This document shows, piece by piece, positions 63,023 through 64,000 of a stretch of 64,000 nucleotides of DNA. This stretch comes from Bilabrum cf. latius (taxonomy: Eukaryota). The notes below the pieces were generated by a model, which saw only the letters and a program-made list of their open reading frames with translations, was not told where the DNA came from and made no database searches. Within the stretch, counting starts at the first letter, position 1, and the number at the start of each line of letters is the position of its first letter. The position numbers and the translations under genes were made by a program. The stretch covers positions 868,001-932,000 of the forward strand of contig OZ237757.1 of the NCBI GenBank assembly GCA_965178125.1, written 5' to 3'.

Positions 63023-64000
63023 ATGTCAGGCAATGGTATATTAGGCTGGGTAGGTCTGGGTGGACCGGATGATGCTGAGCGCGGTAGTCCGGAAGCGCAG
63101 GAGCAAGCAGCCCAAGAGCCTGCCATGAAGCCAGCAGAACCTGTCTTGAGCACTGGGGCTGCGGCGCGATACAGACTTGACATGCCACCGTCATTTTCGG
63201 ACCGTATACGACATAATTCTGCGATAAACGTACGCTAGATACTGAAGAGCAACATACTAAAGCTGAGAGAGGTTGCGTGGGGTAGGCTCCCCGTGAAAGG
63301 AGTAGATAGTCCATCTTTCGTCGTTCGCCGGCTGTAGAATCGTGCCTTGGAAAGAATTATGATATGCCCGGCGTTTGCCGACATACCTGGCTGGAAAGGT
63401 GTCAAACCTAGCGGGGACGCATCGTTCTTTGCCAGCGAAAAACCAGAATGGGCGTGGCTCGCAAAGATGCCGCCAGCTGAAATGTCCATGCAGTCTTTGC
63501 TTGCCATAAAGCTCGATGCAGAGTCTGCCCGTATGCATGGGCTTCATAGCGTCCCTGCATATCAAGCTGCTCCCATGGATGACGCTGCCCCAGGCACAAC
63601 TCCCCAAGGGGAAGAGAGCAAGGAGCCAGCTGGGGAGGATACCGAGCCATCTGACGACCAGGAGCCAAGCGCTGATGGTGCACATGATACCACTAGCGGC
63701 GCAACGCTACTGTCAGCTGCCCCACCCACTCCGAGCGGTAGCAGCAGCAAGAAAGAGAATGATCAGCAGGAACAGGAACAGGTACAGGGCCCTGATGGAG
63801 AGAAAGGCCAGGAACAGGGCCCTGATGGAGAGAAAGGCCACCAAGACGGCACAGAGCCGCCCGCACAGCCCAATCTTCAGGACGCTGCCCATGCCCTGCA
63901 CTCCCTGTGGCGAGGCACGCGGCCGCGGCGGGCGTGGGCAGCCGTGCGAGACGACCTGGAGGGCCTGGTGACTGCCCCCCTCCACGACGTGCTGCTGGGG
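63023..64000 (+). CDS. Hypothetical protein, 3'-truncated by the window end
   Basis: Frame open from ATG 63023 to the end of the window, apart from TAG at 63236 and 63335. Acidic low-complexity segment. Confidence 0.55.

Noticed and set aside
117-64000. TAG-interrupted genes as pseudogenes or sequencing errors
   Set aside because: Interruptions are exclusively TAG, never TAA, TGA or frameshifts. They affect essential genes with intact motifs, and a cognate CUA tRNA is present.
117-64000. A-to-I editing of UAG to UGG (Trp), as in some fungi
   Set aside because: TAG contexts are mainly polar or disordered and align with Gln/Leu/Lys positions, not conserved Trp.
117-64000. Recoded phage or bacterial genome using code 15
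   Set aside because: Spliceosomal introns and eukaryote-specific genes (Rab1, CCT4, VTI1, LSM1, PSMB4) show it is nuclear eukaryotic DNA.

Overview
This window is gene-dense, GC-rich nuclear DNA from a eukaryotic microbe. It has short GT-AG spliceosomal introns (GTGAG/GTAAG...CGCAG) and about 22 genes, including RibA, V-PPase, DLST, a tandem CNBD ion channel, VTI1, CCT4, Rab1, PP4R3, HIS6, LSM1, PTH2, a P2X-like channel, PIF1, SLC35F6 and PSMB4. The main result is a non-standard nuclear genetic code in which UAG is a sense codon, most likely Gln. By hand I count about 74 in-frame TAG codons in 13 genes, some inside conserved domains (Rab1, PTH2, LSM1, P2X). I found no in-frame TAA or TGA in any modelled exon. 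Nineteen gene models end in TGA and two less certain ones end in TAA. The same window carries a complete cloverleaf tRNA gene with anticodon CUA (39607-39679, minus strand), the adaptor needed to read UAG. The supplied standard-code ORF track therefore fragments many genes. All gene models were built by eye with TAG read as sense, and no database searches were run.
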